DNA of 64,000 nucleotides from an uncultured Clostridia bacterium (lineage in GTDB: Bacteria > Bacillota > Clostridia > Christensenellales > CAMQZB01), in assembly GCA_964406735.1 (NCBI GenBank), contig CAYOSU010000005.1, positions 11,407 through 75,406 of the forward strand. Direction: 5' to 3'. The position numbers and the translations under genes were made by a program. Below the pieces are notes generated by a model, which made no database searches, had not been told where the DNA came from, and saw only the letters and a list, made by a program, of their open reading frames with translations. The first letter of the stretch is position 1. Every line of letters starts with the position of its first letter. This document shows positions 1 to 9,324 of this stretch, piece after piece.

Positions 1-596
1 GGCGGAGCGATCTCCATAAGCTCGAAGAACCTATCGAAGACGTAATCTCTTTCGCCGTCAAGTATTACTACGTCAAACAAAGTTCTCGGCTTGTCCGTAA
101 CGAGTCCTTTTACGTCGGCAATGACCGTCATAACGTTCTTTTCGCAGTCAGTCTGGAACATCGTAAAGCACGCTCTTTCGTTCAAAGCTCCGTACAAGCG
201 ATAATTGCGACCGTTTCTTACGTAAATAAACTTATGACTGTGTATAACGCCCTTTGTTTCGGGATAATCGTACATAAATTTATCACCTGAAAGAGTGATG
301 TTATGTCTCTTATCAAGGTGTTTTGCAATAAGCGAAAGGTGTTTTTCAACGTCCGTAGGCTTCATTTCAAACGTCTTCGTCCAAGACTGGTAGCCGTTGC
401 AAAGGATCCTATCGTCAAGAGAGTAATTCTGTTCCAAAACAAGTTTTGCCGAAACGAACTCCACCTCTTCACTTGGCGTAAACTCCCCCACTATCCTCTT
501 GCCGCCGTCAATAGCACTTTCTGACAGCTTAAACTCGGGACATTCAGAGGATATTATCCTCTCCATACCGTTTTGCAATACTTTAATCTCTATCAT
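1..596 (-). CDS. alpha-galactosidase-like glycoside hydrolase (GH36-type), N-terminal part; the gene continues past the left window edge
   Basis: My translation of the minus strand from the ATG at 596-594 (GGAGGAAA Shine-Dalgarno just upstream) reads MIEIKVLQNGMERIISSECPEFKLSESAIDGGKRIVGEFTPSEEVEFVSAKLVLEQNYSLDDRILCNGYQSWTKTFEM... and I followed it as open down to about position 360; it appears to continue toward position 1. NGYQSWT resembles the NxWQSW motif of GalA-type GH36 N-termini (from memory). It is absent from the ORF track because no stop lies in the window. Confidence 0.45.
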   Translation of the reverse strand, partial: MIEIKVLQNGMERIISSECPEFKLSESAIDGGKRIVGEFTPSEEVEFVSAKLVLEQNYSLDDRILCNGYQSWTKTFEMKPTDVEKHLSLIAKHLDKRHNITLSGDKFMYDYPETKGVIHSHKFIYVRNGRNYRLYGALNERACFTMFQTDCEKNVMTVIADVKGLVTDKPRTLFDVVILDGERDYVFDRFFELMEIAP

Positions 597-611
597 AATT
601 TCCTCCAAACG

Positions 612-1055
612 TCATTTGATCGTTATGACGTTATTTGTTTCTCCTCTTGAAAAGACTTTGTGTAAGCAATAAATGCCGCCCGTATCATCCGTCTTTCCGT
701 CAAGATCAGACGACAAAACAAAGCTTTTTCCGCTAAAAGTTTTCTTAGAAATCACAAGTCTAAGCTCGCCGATAACAGCCGATAAAACGCGAATATTGAC
801 GGTAAGAGCATCTTTTAATTCCAAATCTACGTCAATATTCTTACCCTCGACATGATACGAAAGCGTAAAACCGTTTTGTTTAAGAGAATACGTTTTAAGT
901 TTATCGGACGTTATCCTCGTTCCGCAAAAAGCATCTACATCAAAAACAGTGCAATTTTCCTCAAACGAAAGCACAAGCTTATTAAGAGCTATAAGCGTAA
1001 GCTTTACCCTTTTGACGTTATCGACTATTCTTATCTCTCGCGGAACACCTTTCAT
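612..1055 (-). CDS. hypothetical protein (147 aa)
   Basis: ORF packed tightly between the lipoprotein gene (stop at 1065) and the GH36-like gene (start at 596) on the same strand. I recognise no family motif. Confidence 0.5.
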   Translation of the reverse strand: MKGVPREIRIVDNVKRVKLTLIALNKLVLSFEENCTVFDVDAFCGTRITSDKLKTYSLKQNGFTLSYHVEGKNIDVDLELKDALTVNIRVLSAVIGELRLVISKKTFSGKSFVLSSDLDGKTDDTGGIYCLHKVFSRGETNNVITIK

Positions 1056-1064
1056 ATTATAGCG

Positions 1065-2192
1065 TTAAGCAGTTCTCCTGACCTTGATATCTATCTCTGT
1101 GTTATTGTAATCTAAGAAAGACTCCGTTATCTTTTCGCTTCCGTAGAATGAATCGGACTCAATAATTATCCTGCATCCTGCCCATACGTCGTAGTTATCG
1201 TCGGACAAGCGATTGGTTACTTTCTGTTTTTCTATCTCGTTGCCCTTTTCGTCAAGGATGCGGATATAATACGAATAGGCTGAAGTCGGTGCTTCTCCCG
1301 GGTCGAAAACCAAATTGACCGTTAAGTTCGCACATTTTATCATTTCAAAATTAGCATCCGTTCTTTCACTTGAAATGATAAGGCTATTGCTCGACTTGTA
1401 AGTTTCCATTCCCGAGCCTGCCCAAACAACGTATTCCGTGCCGTCGTTCTTTAGACCAAAGATCTGATAAGTAGCCTTCCTGTCGTTGCCAGAAACGGAT
1501 ATTACGGATTGAGTATACTTTATGCCGTTTACATACAGGAATACAGTCGGAAGCGTTCCGCTAGTCGGAAAATTCAAAACACCGGAAATAGTATAGGTAT
1601 CTTCGTTTGGAACTGCCGTAAAGGTCGTGTGTCCTGCGTTGTATACCGTTGCCGACGACGGATAGAACGTGAAACCCGCTTTGTAAGGCGTGATCGTCGT
1701 TTTTCCCTTGTTATTGAGAGAATACGCAATACCTTGGAGATTTTCGCTCTTTCTCTGGTCGCCAAACATATATACGACACCAAACAGCTGTGCCCCGTTT
1801 ACCGTATAAGTTGAAGCCGAAACAGCAAAATCCGCCGAGCCCTCGAACAAAATATCGTCAGTTGTATTATTTACGGTATATTCAGTCGAACGGAAAACGT
1901 AATCGCTGAAGATTACTCCTATCTTATTTGTTCCGACAAGAGATCTTATCGAGAATTTGCCGTCTTCATCAGTAAACGCCATAACCTCACCGTTAATGGT
2001 TATTTTGGCATCCTTTAAGCCGTTCTGATTCATATCGGTAACCATTCCTGATACCGTATAGCCGTCCTCGGGATCAACTATTTCGGGATATTCAGGAAGT
2101 TCTTTTTTTGGAAGTATTATTTGCTCTTCACTGCAAGAACACATTGCAAGAAGCATTACTAAAACTAAAAATATGCTGATGACTTTCTTCAT
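1065..2192 (-). CDS. putative lipoprotein with a carboxypeptidase-regulatory-like (beta-sandwich) domain
   Basis: Signal peptide plus lipobox (MKKVISIFLVLVMLLAMCSC). The segment YTVSGMVTDMNQNGLKDAKITINGEVMAFTDEDGKFSI looks like a CarboxypepD_reg-type fold. GGAGGAGG Shine-Dalgarno upstream. The gene sits 13 nt downstream of the ABC gene. Confidence 0.7.
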   Translation of the reverse strand: MKKVISIFLVLVMLLAMCSCSEEQIILPKKELPEYPEIVDPEDGYTVSGMVTDMNQNGLKDAKITINGEVMAFTDEDGKFSIRSLVGTNKIGVIFSDYVFRSTEYTVNNTTDDILFEGSADFAVSASTYTVNGAQLFGVVYMFGDQRKSENLQGIAYSLNNKGKTTITPYKAGFTFYPSSATVYNAGHTTFTAVPNEDTYTISGVLNFPTSGTLPTVFLYVNGIKYTQSVISVSGNDRKATYQIFGLKNDGTEYVVWAGSGMETYKSSNSLIISSERTDANFEMIKCANLTVNLVFDPGEAPTSAYSYYIRILDEKGNEIEKQKVTNRLSDDNYDVWAGCRIIIESDSFYGSEKITESFLDYNNTEIDIKVRRTA

Positions 2193-2204
2193 AATGCCTC
2201 CTCC

Positions 2205-4889
2205 TTAGTTCCTTATTGCGTCGATAGGCTTTTTCCTCGAAATGTTGAATACGGGGATAAAGCTCGATACTATGATTATCGCAAGAGTCAAAAGCGCCAT
2301 TATCACCACATCTATGATGTTAAACGAGACGAGCGTTATCGGTAAGACGGAATACAGGTAAGACGTGAGATAATTTGCCGAAATGACCATCAAAGGCATT
2401 GATACGGCTATTATTATCAACGCTATCAATACACCCTCCGTAATGAATATACCCATTACGTCCAAACTCCTTGCGCCAAGCGCACGGAGTATTCCTATCT
2501 CTTTCTTCTTGTAGACGATAGACGTCGAAATGAAGTTATACAATAAGAGTATTACAAATACTGCAGAAACGCCAGAAACGATGTAAAGCACGAGCGAGGC
2601 TCTTGTCATGATATTCTCTATGCTTTCAAGTGCGCTATCTGAACGGGCGTTAGTCGTATAGCCGTTGTCGTGCATATCGGTTATCAAAAGAGCCATCTCG
2701 TCGGTAGCTAAATTTGCGTTTACCAAAATGCTTTCAGGCTTATATTTTGCCTCGATAACGTTTATGAAATCATAATAATTCATAACGATCGTAGGCTCAC
2801 CGAGTATTTCTATATCGTCGTAGATTCCTACAACTTTATATTTTTGCTCGTATAAAAGCGTATCAGACTTGTCGCTATCCGCCGCCTTGATATAGAACGT
2901 CATAGCGCGAGGCGTTACAAACTCAGCCTCTAACTGTTCAAAGCTCCTTGTTGAGGCATAGCCGTATTTGATGTTACGATAGAAGAGCGCAGAGATATAC
3001 ACCTCACCCTGTTTGAGTTTGTACTTTGAATCTCTTTCTATCTTTGCACCTATAACAGCACCGTCGGCAGAATCACCGTCAGATCTCAATATCATATTTG
3101 CGCTATAATTATATCTTGAAGAAGCAAAGCTCTTTGTGTATCCTTCATTCAAGAGTATCTTGGACATGTACATGCCCTCATCTTGCTTGTAATTAGTGCG
3201 CTTCGAAGAAAGCTCTACGTCGGCAGAAATTTCGTCTTCTGTCAGATCCTCAAAAATGTCCTTATAGATATAGTAATTAGTTTTATATACGCCGACGATA
3301 TCGTACTGTTCACCGCCGACTGTTATAGTCTTTCCGATAAGTTGACTGTAATCGTTGACTACGAGCTTTGTTATAGAGCCGTCCTCCATTCCTATACGCA
3401 TACCGAGCTTGATGAAGTAATCGGCAAACAGATCGGAAATACAGCACTCATCGGCAGATTTCGGGAAGTTTCCGTAAACTATATCGATATCACCCTCTTT
3501 GCATTCCAAAATGCCGGTAAACTCAGAGGGTTTGAATACGGGATGAGTAGAGACCTCATAAAAAGCGGTATCAAGTACTTTTTTCTTGCCAGTAAGGTTT
3601 GTAGTCTCCGCCTGCTCTATCTCGTAGGTCTTGATATATTTACCGTCAAAATATTCGTCAAAGTAATCGAGATCGTCCTGCGATATGGGAACGTCTACGT
3701 ATGCACCGTCGAAGTACTCACGGCTTGAAAGCTCCATTAAATACGCATCGGACTCGTAATAGGTCTTTACGTAAGAGTCCGTTTTGTCGTATTCGGAAAG
3801 CACCATGGAAAAGCCGAACGCAATAAGCGATACTACCGCCAATACAAGCGTTATTACAAGCCTAAAGCTCTTTGATTTGAAGCTCGAGAACGCCATTTTC
3901 ACGACGTCGCCAAACGGAAGACGGGACCTAATAAGCTCAAAGGTCTCCGTATTGCCTGATATTTTCTCTTGATTGGTTACCGTGAAACCGCCGCTACGGT
4001 TTGACGGCTTGACTTCAGCAAGCTTAGGGAATATCTCATTGAACTCCTCTTTGTCAAGGACTGTGATATACCTGTCGCCTGCAATGTCGTTCAAGGTGTT
4101 GTTTATCTCAGAAAGCTCTTTTTCTGTGAGCTTTTTTCCCTTAGGAATGCGAACGGTGGTATCGCTGATAAAAGATATTCCCCCCGTCGTCGCAACTCTG
4201 CCGCTTCGTGAAGATACCGCTCTCGTCTTATCGGAAACTATTACGCCGTCTTTAAGCTCGACTATTCTGTCGGCATATTGCTCGGCGAACTCTCTGTCGT
4301 GCGATACTACGATAACAAGCTTATCGCGAGAAAGTTTTTTAAGCGTCTCAAAGACCTGTGCGCCCGTAACGGAATCCAACGCTCCTGACGGCTCGTCGGC
4401 AAGTATGACGGATGGGTTTTTGATGAGAGCTCTTGCAATCGCAACTCTCTGTTTCTGACCGCCTGAAAGCTCTGAAGGTTTTCTGTCTGCGTAGCCGCCA
4501 AGGTCTACGAGATCGAGAAGCTCGTTTATCTCTTTATCGTCAGCCTTTTTCTGTTGCAGTTGCAACGCAAGTGCAATATTCTTCCCTACCGTGTACTCGT
4601 CAAGGATGTAGAACTCCTGAAAGACGAAGCCCAAGTAAGTGTTCCTGTAGCTGTCAAAATCGGCAAACGAAAAATCTTTACTCGACCTGCCGTTGATTAT
4701 TATCTCGCCCTCGTCGAAAGAGTCAAGTCCACCGATGACGTTAAGCATCGTGGATTTACCGCTACCTGATTTACCTAAAATAAATACCATTCCGCTATCG
4801 CCAAAGCGAAGGTCAATATTATTGAGCGCGGTAACGCCTTCTTTCCCCGAGGTCTTATATGTTTTTGTCAGATTCTTGATTTCAAGCAT
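2205..4889 (-). CDS. fused ABC transporter ATP-binding / FtsX-family permease protein (MacB-like)
   Basis: Walker A GKSGSGKST, signature [15 protein letters not shown], Walker B ILADEPSGALD and H-loop VSHD. One TM follows (FRLVITLVLAVVSLIAFGF), then a large extracytoplasmic region of roughly 400 aa, then three C-terminal TMs typical of FtsX/MacB. Confidence 0.85.
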   Translation of the reverse strand: MLEIKNLTKTYKTSGKEGVTALNNIDLRFGDSGMVFILGKSGSGKSTMLNVIGGLDSFDEGEIIINGRSSKDFSFADFDSYRNTYLGFVFQEFYILDEYTVGKNIALALQLQQKKADDKEINELLDLVDLGGYADRKPSELSGGQKQRVAIARALIKNPSVILADEPSGALDSVTGAQVFETLKKLSRDKLVIVVSHDREFAEQYADRIVELKDGVIVSDKTRAVSSRSGRVATTGGISFISDTTVRIPKGKKLTEKELSEINNTLNDIAGDRYITVLDKEEFNEIFPKLAEVKPSNRSGGFTVTNQEKISGNTETFELIRSRLPFGDVVKMAFSSFKSKSFRLVITLVLAVVSLIAFGFSMVLSEYDKTDSYVKTYYESDAYLMELSSREYFDGAYVDVPISQDDLDYFDEYFDGKYIKTYEIEQAETTNLTGKKKVLDTAFYEVSTHPVFKPSEFTGILECKEGDIDIVYGNFPKSADECCISDLFADYFIKLGMRIGMEDGSITKLVVNDYSQLIGKTITVGGEQYDIVGVYKTNYYIYKDIFEDLTEDEISADVELSSKRTNYKQDEGMYMSKILLNEGYTKSFASSRYNYSANMILRSDGDSADGAVIGAKIERDSKYKLKQGEVYISALFYRNIKYGYASTRSFEQLEAEFVTPRAMTFYIKAADSDKSDTLLYEQKYKVVGIYDDIEILGEPTIVMNYYDFINVIEAKYKPESILVNANLATDEMALLITDMHDNGYTTNARSDSALESIENIMTRASLVLYIVSGVSAVFVILLLYNFISTSIVYKKKEIGILRALGARSLDVMGIFITEGVLIALIIIAVSMPLMVISANYLTSYLYSVLPITLVSFNIIDVVIMALLTLAIIIVSSFIPVFNISRKKPIDAIRN

Positions 4890-5092
4890 TTAATTCCTCA
4901 TTTATTCGATAATAGCCTTTGAGCTTCAACCTATCGTAAAATATCACCACTCAAAGGTCGCTTGCAGAACGCAACTACTGCGTTTAGTTAATTATACAGT
5001 ATAATTTCACCGATTGCAATCTTAATCGTTAAAAAAAATGCAGCCTAAGCCACATTTTTTATTTGATATTTTTTATTTATAAAGCGTATTTA

Positions 5093-5905
5093 TTATAATT
5101 TTGAAACAAATTCAGACGCAGAATCGAAATCTAACGTCTCAAAAGTGCCGTCATCGCACAGTTTTGCGACGCTCGGATCAATAGGAAGCTGCAAGACGTT
5201 GTCTATTCCGTAAGCCTTCGCAGTCTCTTCGATATGACTGTCACCGAACACGAAGTGCTTTTCGCCGCAATTGGGGCATACGTAATAAGACATATTCTCT
5301 ACTAGACCCAAAAGCTTTACGTTCATGAGCTTTGCCATCTTCTCTGCTTTGCCAACAACCATCGAAACGAGGCTTTGCGGCGTCGTAACTACAACAATGC
5401 CGTCAATAGGAATCGACTGAAATACGGTAAGCGGTACGTCGCCCGTTCCCGGAGGACAGTCGATATACATTTCGTCTATATCGCCCCAAACTACGTCAGT
5501 CCAGAACTGCTTGACAGTGCCCGCAATTACAGGACCTCTCCATACGACGGGGTCGGTGTCGTTTTCAAGCAACAGGTTGATGGACATTATCTTGATGCCA
5601 AGCGCAGTTTCCGCAGGATACATAAACTGTCCGTCAGAAAGAGCCTTGTCCCTTATTCCGAATATCTTGGGAATGGACGGACCTGTTATATCGGCATCCA
5701 TAATAGCGACCTTTTTGCCCTGCTTAGCCGCTTTAACAGCGAGCATAGACGTTACAAAAGACTTTCCTACGCCGCCCTTGCCGCTTACTACGGCAATGAC
5801 TTTTTTGACGTTGGAATACATATTCTGATTTTCAATAAAACTCGTTTTTCTCGAATCGCAAGCTGCGGAACACGAGGAACAATCGTGAGTACACTCTTCG
5901 GTCAT
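5093..5905 (-). CDS. Mrp/NBP35 (ApbC-like) iron-sulfur cluster carrier ATPase
   Basis: Deviant Walker A VSGKGGVGKS, a CPNCG motif and an N-terminal Cys-rich CSSCSAAC. The ATG at 5905 has an AAGGAG Shine-Dalgarno; the ORF-track start at 5911 is a TTG two codons upstream. Confidence 0.85.
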   Translation of the reverse strand: MTEECTHDCSSCSAACDSRKTSFIENQNMYSNVKKVIAVVSGKGGVGKSFVTSMLAVKAAKQGKKVAIMDADITGPSIPKIFGIRDKALSDGQFMYPAETALGIKIMSINLLLENDTDPVVWRGPVIAGTVKQFWTDVVWGDIDEMYIDCPPGTGDVPLTVFQSIPIDGIVVVTTPQSLVSMVVGKAEKMAKLMNVKLLGLVENMSYYVCPNCGEKHFVFGDSHIEETAKAYGIDNVLQLPIDPSVAKLCDDGTFETLDFDSASEFVSKL

Positions 5906-6064
5906 TCTCAAATCTCCTTTTATCTTGATAGCGTTTATTTAATTTAACAGATACCATTATATCACATTAAAATAAAAAAGCAAGGAAGTTTATCCGCTTT
6001 TGATTGCTTTTTGCGCTTTTTACGATATAATATATAAAAGACGACGACAAAGGAAAAACAATAA

Positions 6065-7078
6065 ATGAACGTAGAAAAGTACTTAAAACAGCATAGAAAA
6101 AAATACGAGCTTTCTCCTCAAGACGAGATCAAGCTCTTATTTCAAGCACATTTCGGCGGCGGACACTTCGTACCTGAAAACGGAAAGGCTATCTCATATA
6201 TTAAAGAGGAAATGTTATCAATCACGGACGATGAATACTCAAATTACGAGCTTATCGAAAAGGTATCCGACGAGTACTCTCGCATGCACTTAATAAAACT
6301 AAAAGATTTTGGTCTATCGAGCGAAACTGCAGCAAAGATCTTCGTTTTATCGTCAAAAAAATTTGGAGATACCACAGCGTTTGAAGCAGACGTAAGAAGG
6401 CTTGTAAATAAAGAAACAGCAGAAAAGTATTTAAGCGGCGGAATAAGACCTATTTCACACTCGGAAGGGTATCGAGCAAAATACTCGCCCCATTACCGAG
6501 TCATTTCCAACGAATACGTCAAGTACATTCCCCTATTTTGCAAAATAGACGAGCAACTTAAAGAAAAGAAAAAGCTCGTTATCGGCATTGACGGAAAAGC
6601 AGGGTCGGGTAAAAGTACGCTCGCAAACGTTTTGAAAAAGGTATACGGTGCAAGCATCGTGAGAGCAGACGACTTTTTCGTTCCGCTTTCACAAAAAAGC
6701 GACGAGCGACGCAGAGAGATCGGCGGAAATATCGATTACGAGCGGATGAAAAAGGAGGTTTTTGAAAAAATCGCACACGATAGCTTTGAATATACGCCTT
6801 TTTTGTGCAGTTCACAAAGCTTTGGAAAGCCTATTAAAATCGACTCATCTGACATCACCGTAATTGAAGGAAGCTATTCCTCTCATCCGTATTTTGATTT
6901 TAAGTACGACGTATCGGTATTTATCGATATTGACGATACTCTTCAAAAAGAGCGCATTATAGATCGAAACGGAAGCTTTTCTAAAAGATTTTTTGACGAG
7001 TTTATCCCCAAAGAAAACGAATATTTTAAGCATTACCGAATAAAAGAAAAAGCGGATATTATTATAAGTAACCGATAA
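6065..7078 (+). CDS. two-domain protein: unknown N-terminal domain (about 170 aa) fused to a uridine-kinase-family P-loop kinase domain
   Basis: P-loop GIDGKAGSGKSTLA begins near aa 175, and the C-terminal half resembles the uridine kinase / PRK family. I do not recognise the N-terminal half (LLFQAHFGGGHF...). Confidence 0.6.
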   Translation: MNVEKYLKQHRKKYELSPQDEIKLLFQAHFGGGHFVPENGKAISYIKEEMLSITDDEYSNYELIEKVSDEYSRMHLIKLKDFGLSSETAAKIFVLSSKKFGDTTAFEADVRRLVNKETAEKYLSGGIRPISHSEGYRAKYSPHYRVISNEYVKYIPLFCKIDEQLKEKKKLVIGIDGKAGSGKSTLANVLKKVYGASIVRADDFFVPLSQKSDERRREIGGNIDYERMKKEVFEKIAHDSFEYTPFLCSSQSFGKPIKIDSSDITVIEGSYSSHPYFDFKYDVSVFIDIDDTLQKERIIDRNGSFSKRFFDEFIPKENEYFKHYRIKEKADIIISNR

Positions 7079-7081
7079 TAC

Positions 7082-7127
7082 AAAAAAAGACCGACGATAG
7101 AAAATAACATCGTCGGTCTTGGTTTTA
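7082..7127. terminator. bidirectional intrinsic terminator between the convergent genes 6065..7078 and mtnN
   Basis: Perfect 11-bp stem, AGACCGACGAT (7088-7098) paired with ATCGTCGGTCT (7109-7119), flanked by an A-run on the left and T-rich sequence on the right. Confidence 0.7.
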
Positions 7128-7139
7128 AGTAATTTAGTA

Positions 7140-7814
7140 TTATATCGCTTTAATAAGGTTAATAACGGAGGTTGCGACCTTATCTGCTGCGATAAACTCG
7201 AAATCGTCAAAAGTCTGACCTGCGTCGTCGTCCGCTAAGTCCGAGATACATCTCAATACGATGAACGGCTTTTTGTTAGCGTAAGCTACGTGCGCAATAG
7301 ACGCACCCTCCATCTCGCAAGCAATTGCGTCGCCTATCTTCTGTATCTCTTGCTTTTTTGCCGAGGACGTAACGAATACATCTCCCGTTGCGATATTTCC
7401 CAATACAAGGTCTTGAATATCCGTATTTGCGGCAAAGAATTTTTCCACCAACCCTCTATCGGCAGGAAATCTGTCTATCCCGGGGTAGTTCATTTCTAAA
7501 ATCGAAAGGTCAAAGTCGTGATAATACAAAAGATCAGATACTACTATCGAAAGGTGTGGTGCTTTTTCGGAAAGGCTTCCTGCGATACCGCTGTTGATGA
7601 CGTAATCGGGATCAAAGCGATCGATAACTATCTGAGCGGACATTGCGGAGTTTACCTTGCCAACGCCCGAATTACATACTACGAGCTCTTTTCCAAAGAG
7701 CGTACCCGTCGAATACGGGAGTCCGTTTATCTCAAAATCGACTCTATTTTCGAGTCGCTCGGTAAAAAGTCTTCTTTCTGAGCTTAACGCGCAAATAACT
7801 GCAATTTTTGTCAT
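7140..7814 (-). CDS. mtnN: 5'-methylthioadenosine/S-adenosylhomocysteine nucleosidase
   Basis: The 224-aa length, the CEMEGASIAHVA motif and the overall PNP/UDP_1 pattern are typical of Pfs/MtnN. Confidence 0.85.
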   Translation of the reverse strand: MTKIAVICALSSERRLFTERLENRVDFEINGLPYSTGTLFGKELVVCNSGVGKVNSAMSAQIVIDRFDPDYVINSGIAGSLSEKAPHLSIVVSDLLYYHDFDLSILEMNYPGIDRFPADRGLVEKFFAANTDIQDLVLGNIATGDVFVTSSAKKQEIQKIGDAIACEMEGASIAHVAYANKKPFIVLRCISDLADDDAGQTFDDFEFIAADKVATSVINLIKAI

Positions 7815-7832
7815 AGTTATATCTCCTTAAAT

Positions 7833-8735
7833 TTATTTTGTTAATCCTGCAAATACCACGCCTAAAACGACGAGTATACTTCCGACTATCTGATATACCC
7901 CGAACGGTTCAGACAAGAACAATACGCCTGCGACGATGGAAATTACCGTCGAAAGGCTATTGAACACGACGACCTCTTGTATCCTGAGCTTTGCGTATGA
8001 GTAATTTATCGCAAAGAACGCTCCTACGGACGAAAAGCCGGCAAGATAAATTACGTCGAGCCAAAATCTAAGGCTTTTTAGCGGCGTAAATATTAGCTCA
8101 ACATAGCTTCCTTTTGCCGTAATCAAAGCTAAAGCAGTAAACACTACGCTTCCTAGCAAGAACATAACGTAGGTCTTTTCAAAAGCTGTAAATTCTTCTT
8201 TGATAAATCTTGAGAGCAGATTGAAAGCCGTTGCCGCTATGACCGCACCGAAAGCCAAAAGAACGCCTAACAAGGTTATCGAGCCGTTTATCTCCTCACC
8301 AAGCGTCGTTAATATCACGCCTAAAACGGAGATTACAACGAAGATCAACTTTTTATACGTTACCTTTTCTTTCAAGAGTAATGCACCGAAAACGATTGAA
8401 GCAATCGGGCATATCGACGTTATGATTCCGACTAACGACGTCGGCAAAAAGCTTACGGAATATGTTTCGCATATAAAGTATACGACGGGCTGAGTTAAGC
8501 CAAGAAGTAACAACGGCAAGAGCTTTTTTCCCTTACCCTTAATGTTCAAGGAAAAAGGCTTAAATAACAGCATAACGTTCAAAATGGCAAATGCAACTAA
8601 AAATCTTATCGCAAGCAAGACTATAGGAGTTGTAACGGATAATGCGCTTTGCGAAAAGAAAAGCGAAAATCCGAAGATCGTATAGCCGATTATTGCAAGT
8701 ATTATTGATTTTTTTCTTGAAGCGTCGTTTTGCAT
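7833..8735 (-). CDS. DMT superfamily (EamA-type) transporter
   Basis: About ten hydrophobic segments in two EamA-like halves. The probable start is the internal ATG at 8735 (MQNDASRKKSIILAIIGY...); the ORF-track start at 8798 adds an unlikely leader. The gene lies 18 nt upstream of mtnN. Confidence 0.8.
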   Translation of the reverse strand: MQNDASRKKSIILAIIGYTIFGFSLFFSQSALSVTTPIVLLAIRFLVAFAILNVMLLFKPFSLNIKGKGKKLLPLLLLGLTQPVVYFICETYSVSFLPTSLVGIITSICPIASIVFGALLLKEKVTYKKLIFVVISVLGVILTTLGEEINGSITLLGVLLAFGAVIAATAFNLLSRFIKEEFTAFEKTYVMFLLGSVVFTALALITAKGSYVELIFTPLKSLRFWLDVIYLAGFSSVGAFFAINYSYAKLRIQEVVVFNSLSTVISIVAGVLFLSEPFGVYQIVGSILVVLGVVFAGLTK

Positions 8736-8977
8736 TTTCGTTTGCCTTTTTGCATTAAAAATTAGCATTATCTTATCAAAAAATAAATAAAAACACAACT
8801 CAAAGCAGTCGATTTGAAGAAAGTATTAGTTGAAAATTGCAAAAAGAGTATAACTATTCGTAAAACACCTAAATTGTCGGAATAAATTATGATTTAGAAG
8901 CAAAATAAACAGCTCGTTAGATCTTTCCCCTATTAAAAATATTTTGAATAATTATTAAAAAACCCGCATAAAAACAT

Positions 8978-9006
8978 TTGACAAAGGAGCATTTATTTGC
9001 TAATAT
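8978..9006 (+). promoter_or_regulatory. sigma-A-type promoter for the Met T-box leader
   Basis: TTGACA (8978-8983), a 17-nt spacer, then TAATAT (9001-9006). Confidence 0.6.
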
Positions 9007-9014
9007 CATTATGA

Positions 9015-9288
9015 ATTTAATAGCCATACTGAAAGGCAACGAAAAGAAGAGTAAGTTTATTACTGACTTTACAGAGAACCGATTTGAGGCTGAGAGATCG
9101 GAAGTTCAAGTGAAACCGAATATGGTCTTGGAGCTGCGTGGGCGAAATTATTTAGTTCACGACGCGAGTGCGCGTTATAGCACGGTACTGTGATGGCAGT
9201 ACGTCGAGGTTGCAGTCAAACGCAACGAAGTAAGGTGGTACCACGGATATTATATCCCGTCCTTATATTGTAGGACGGGATTTTTTTT
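9015..9288 (+). promoter_or_regulatory. T-box riboswitch leader (probable Met specifier) controlling metNIQ
   Basis: AGAGA-containing stem I and the T-box sequence AAGUAAGGUGGUACCACGG (about 9226-9246). Terminator AUCCCGUCC...GGACGGGAU (9254-9281) plus a U8 run. Candidate specifier AUG at 9122-9124, followed by G, in GAAUAUGG. Confidence 0.85.
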
Positions 9289-9324
9289 ATTAGCAACTTA
9301 AGAATAAAGAAAGGATCTATATAA

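Noticed and set aside
303-524. 73-aa plus-strand ORF at the left edge
   Set aside because: It lies antisense within the open minus-strand frame that encodes the GH36-like N-terminus, and it has no start context.
8978-9193. 71-aa ORF on the plus strand upstream of metN
   Set aside because: It lies entirely inside the T-box leader (stem I through the antiterminator region). It starts at a TTG within the promoter and is therefore an artefact.
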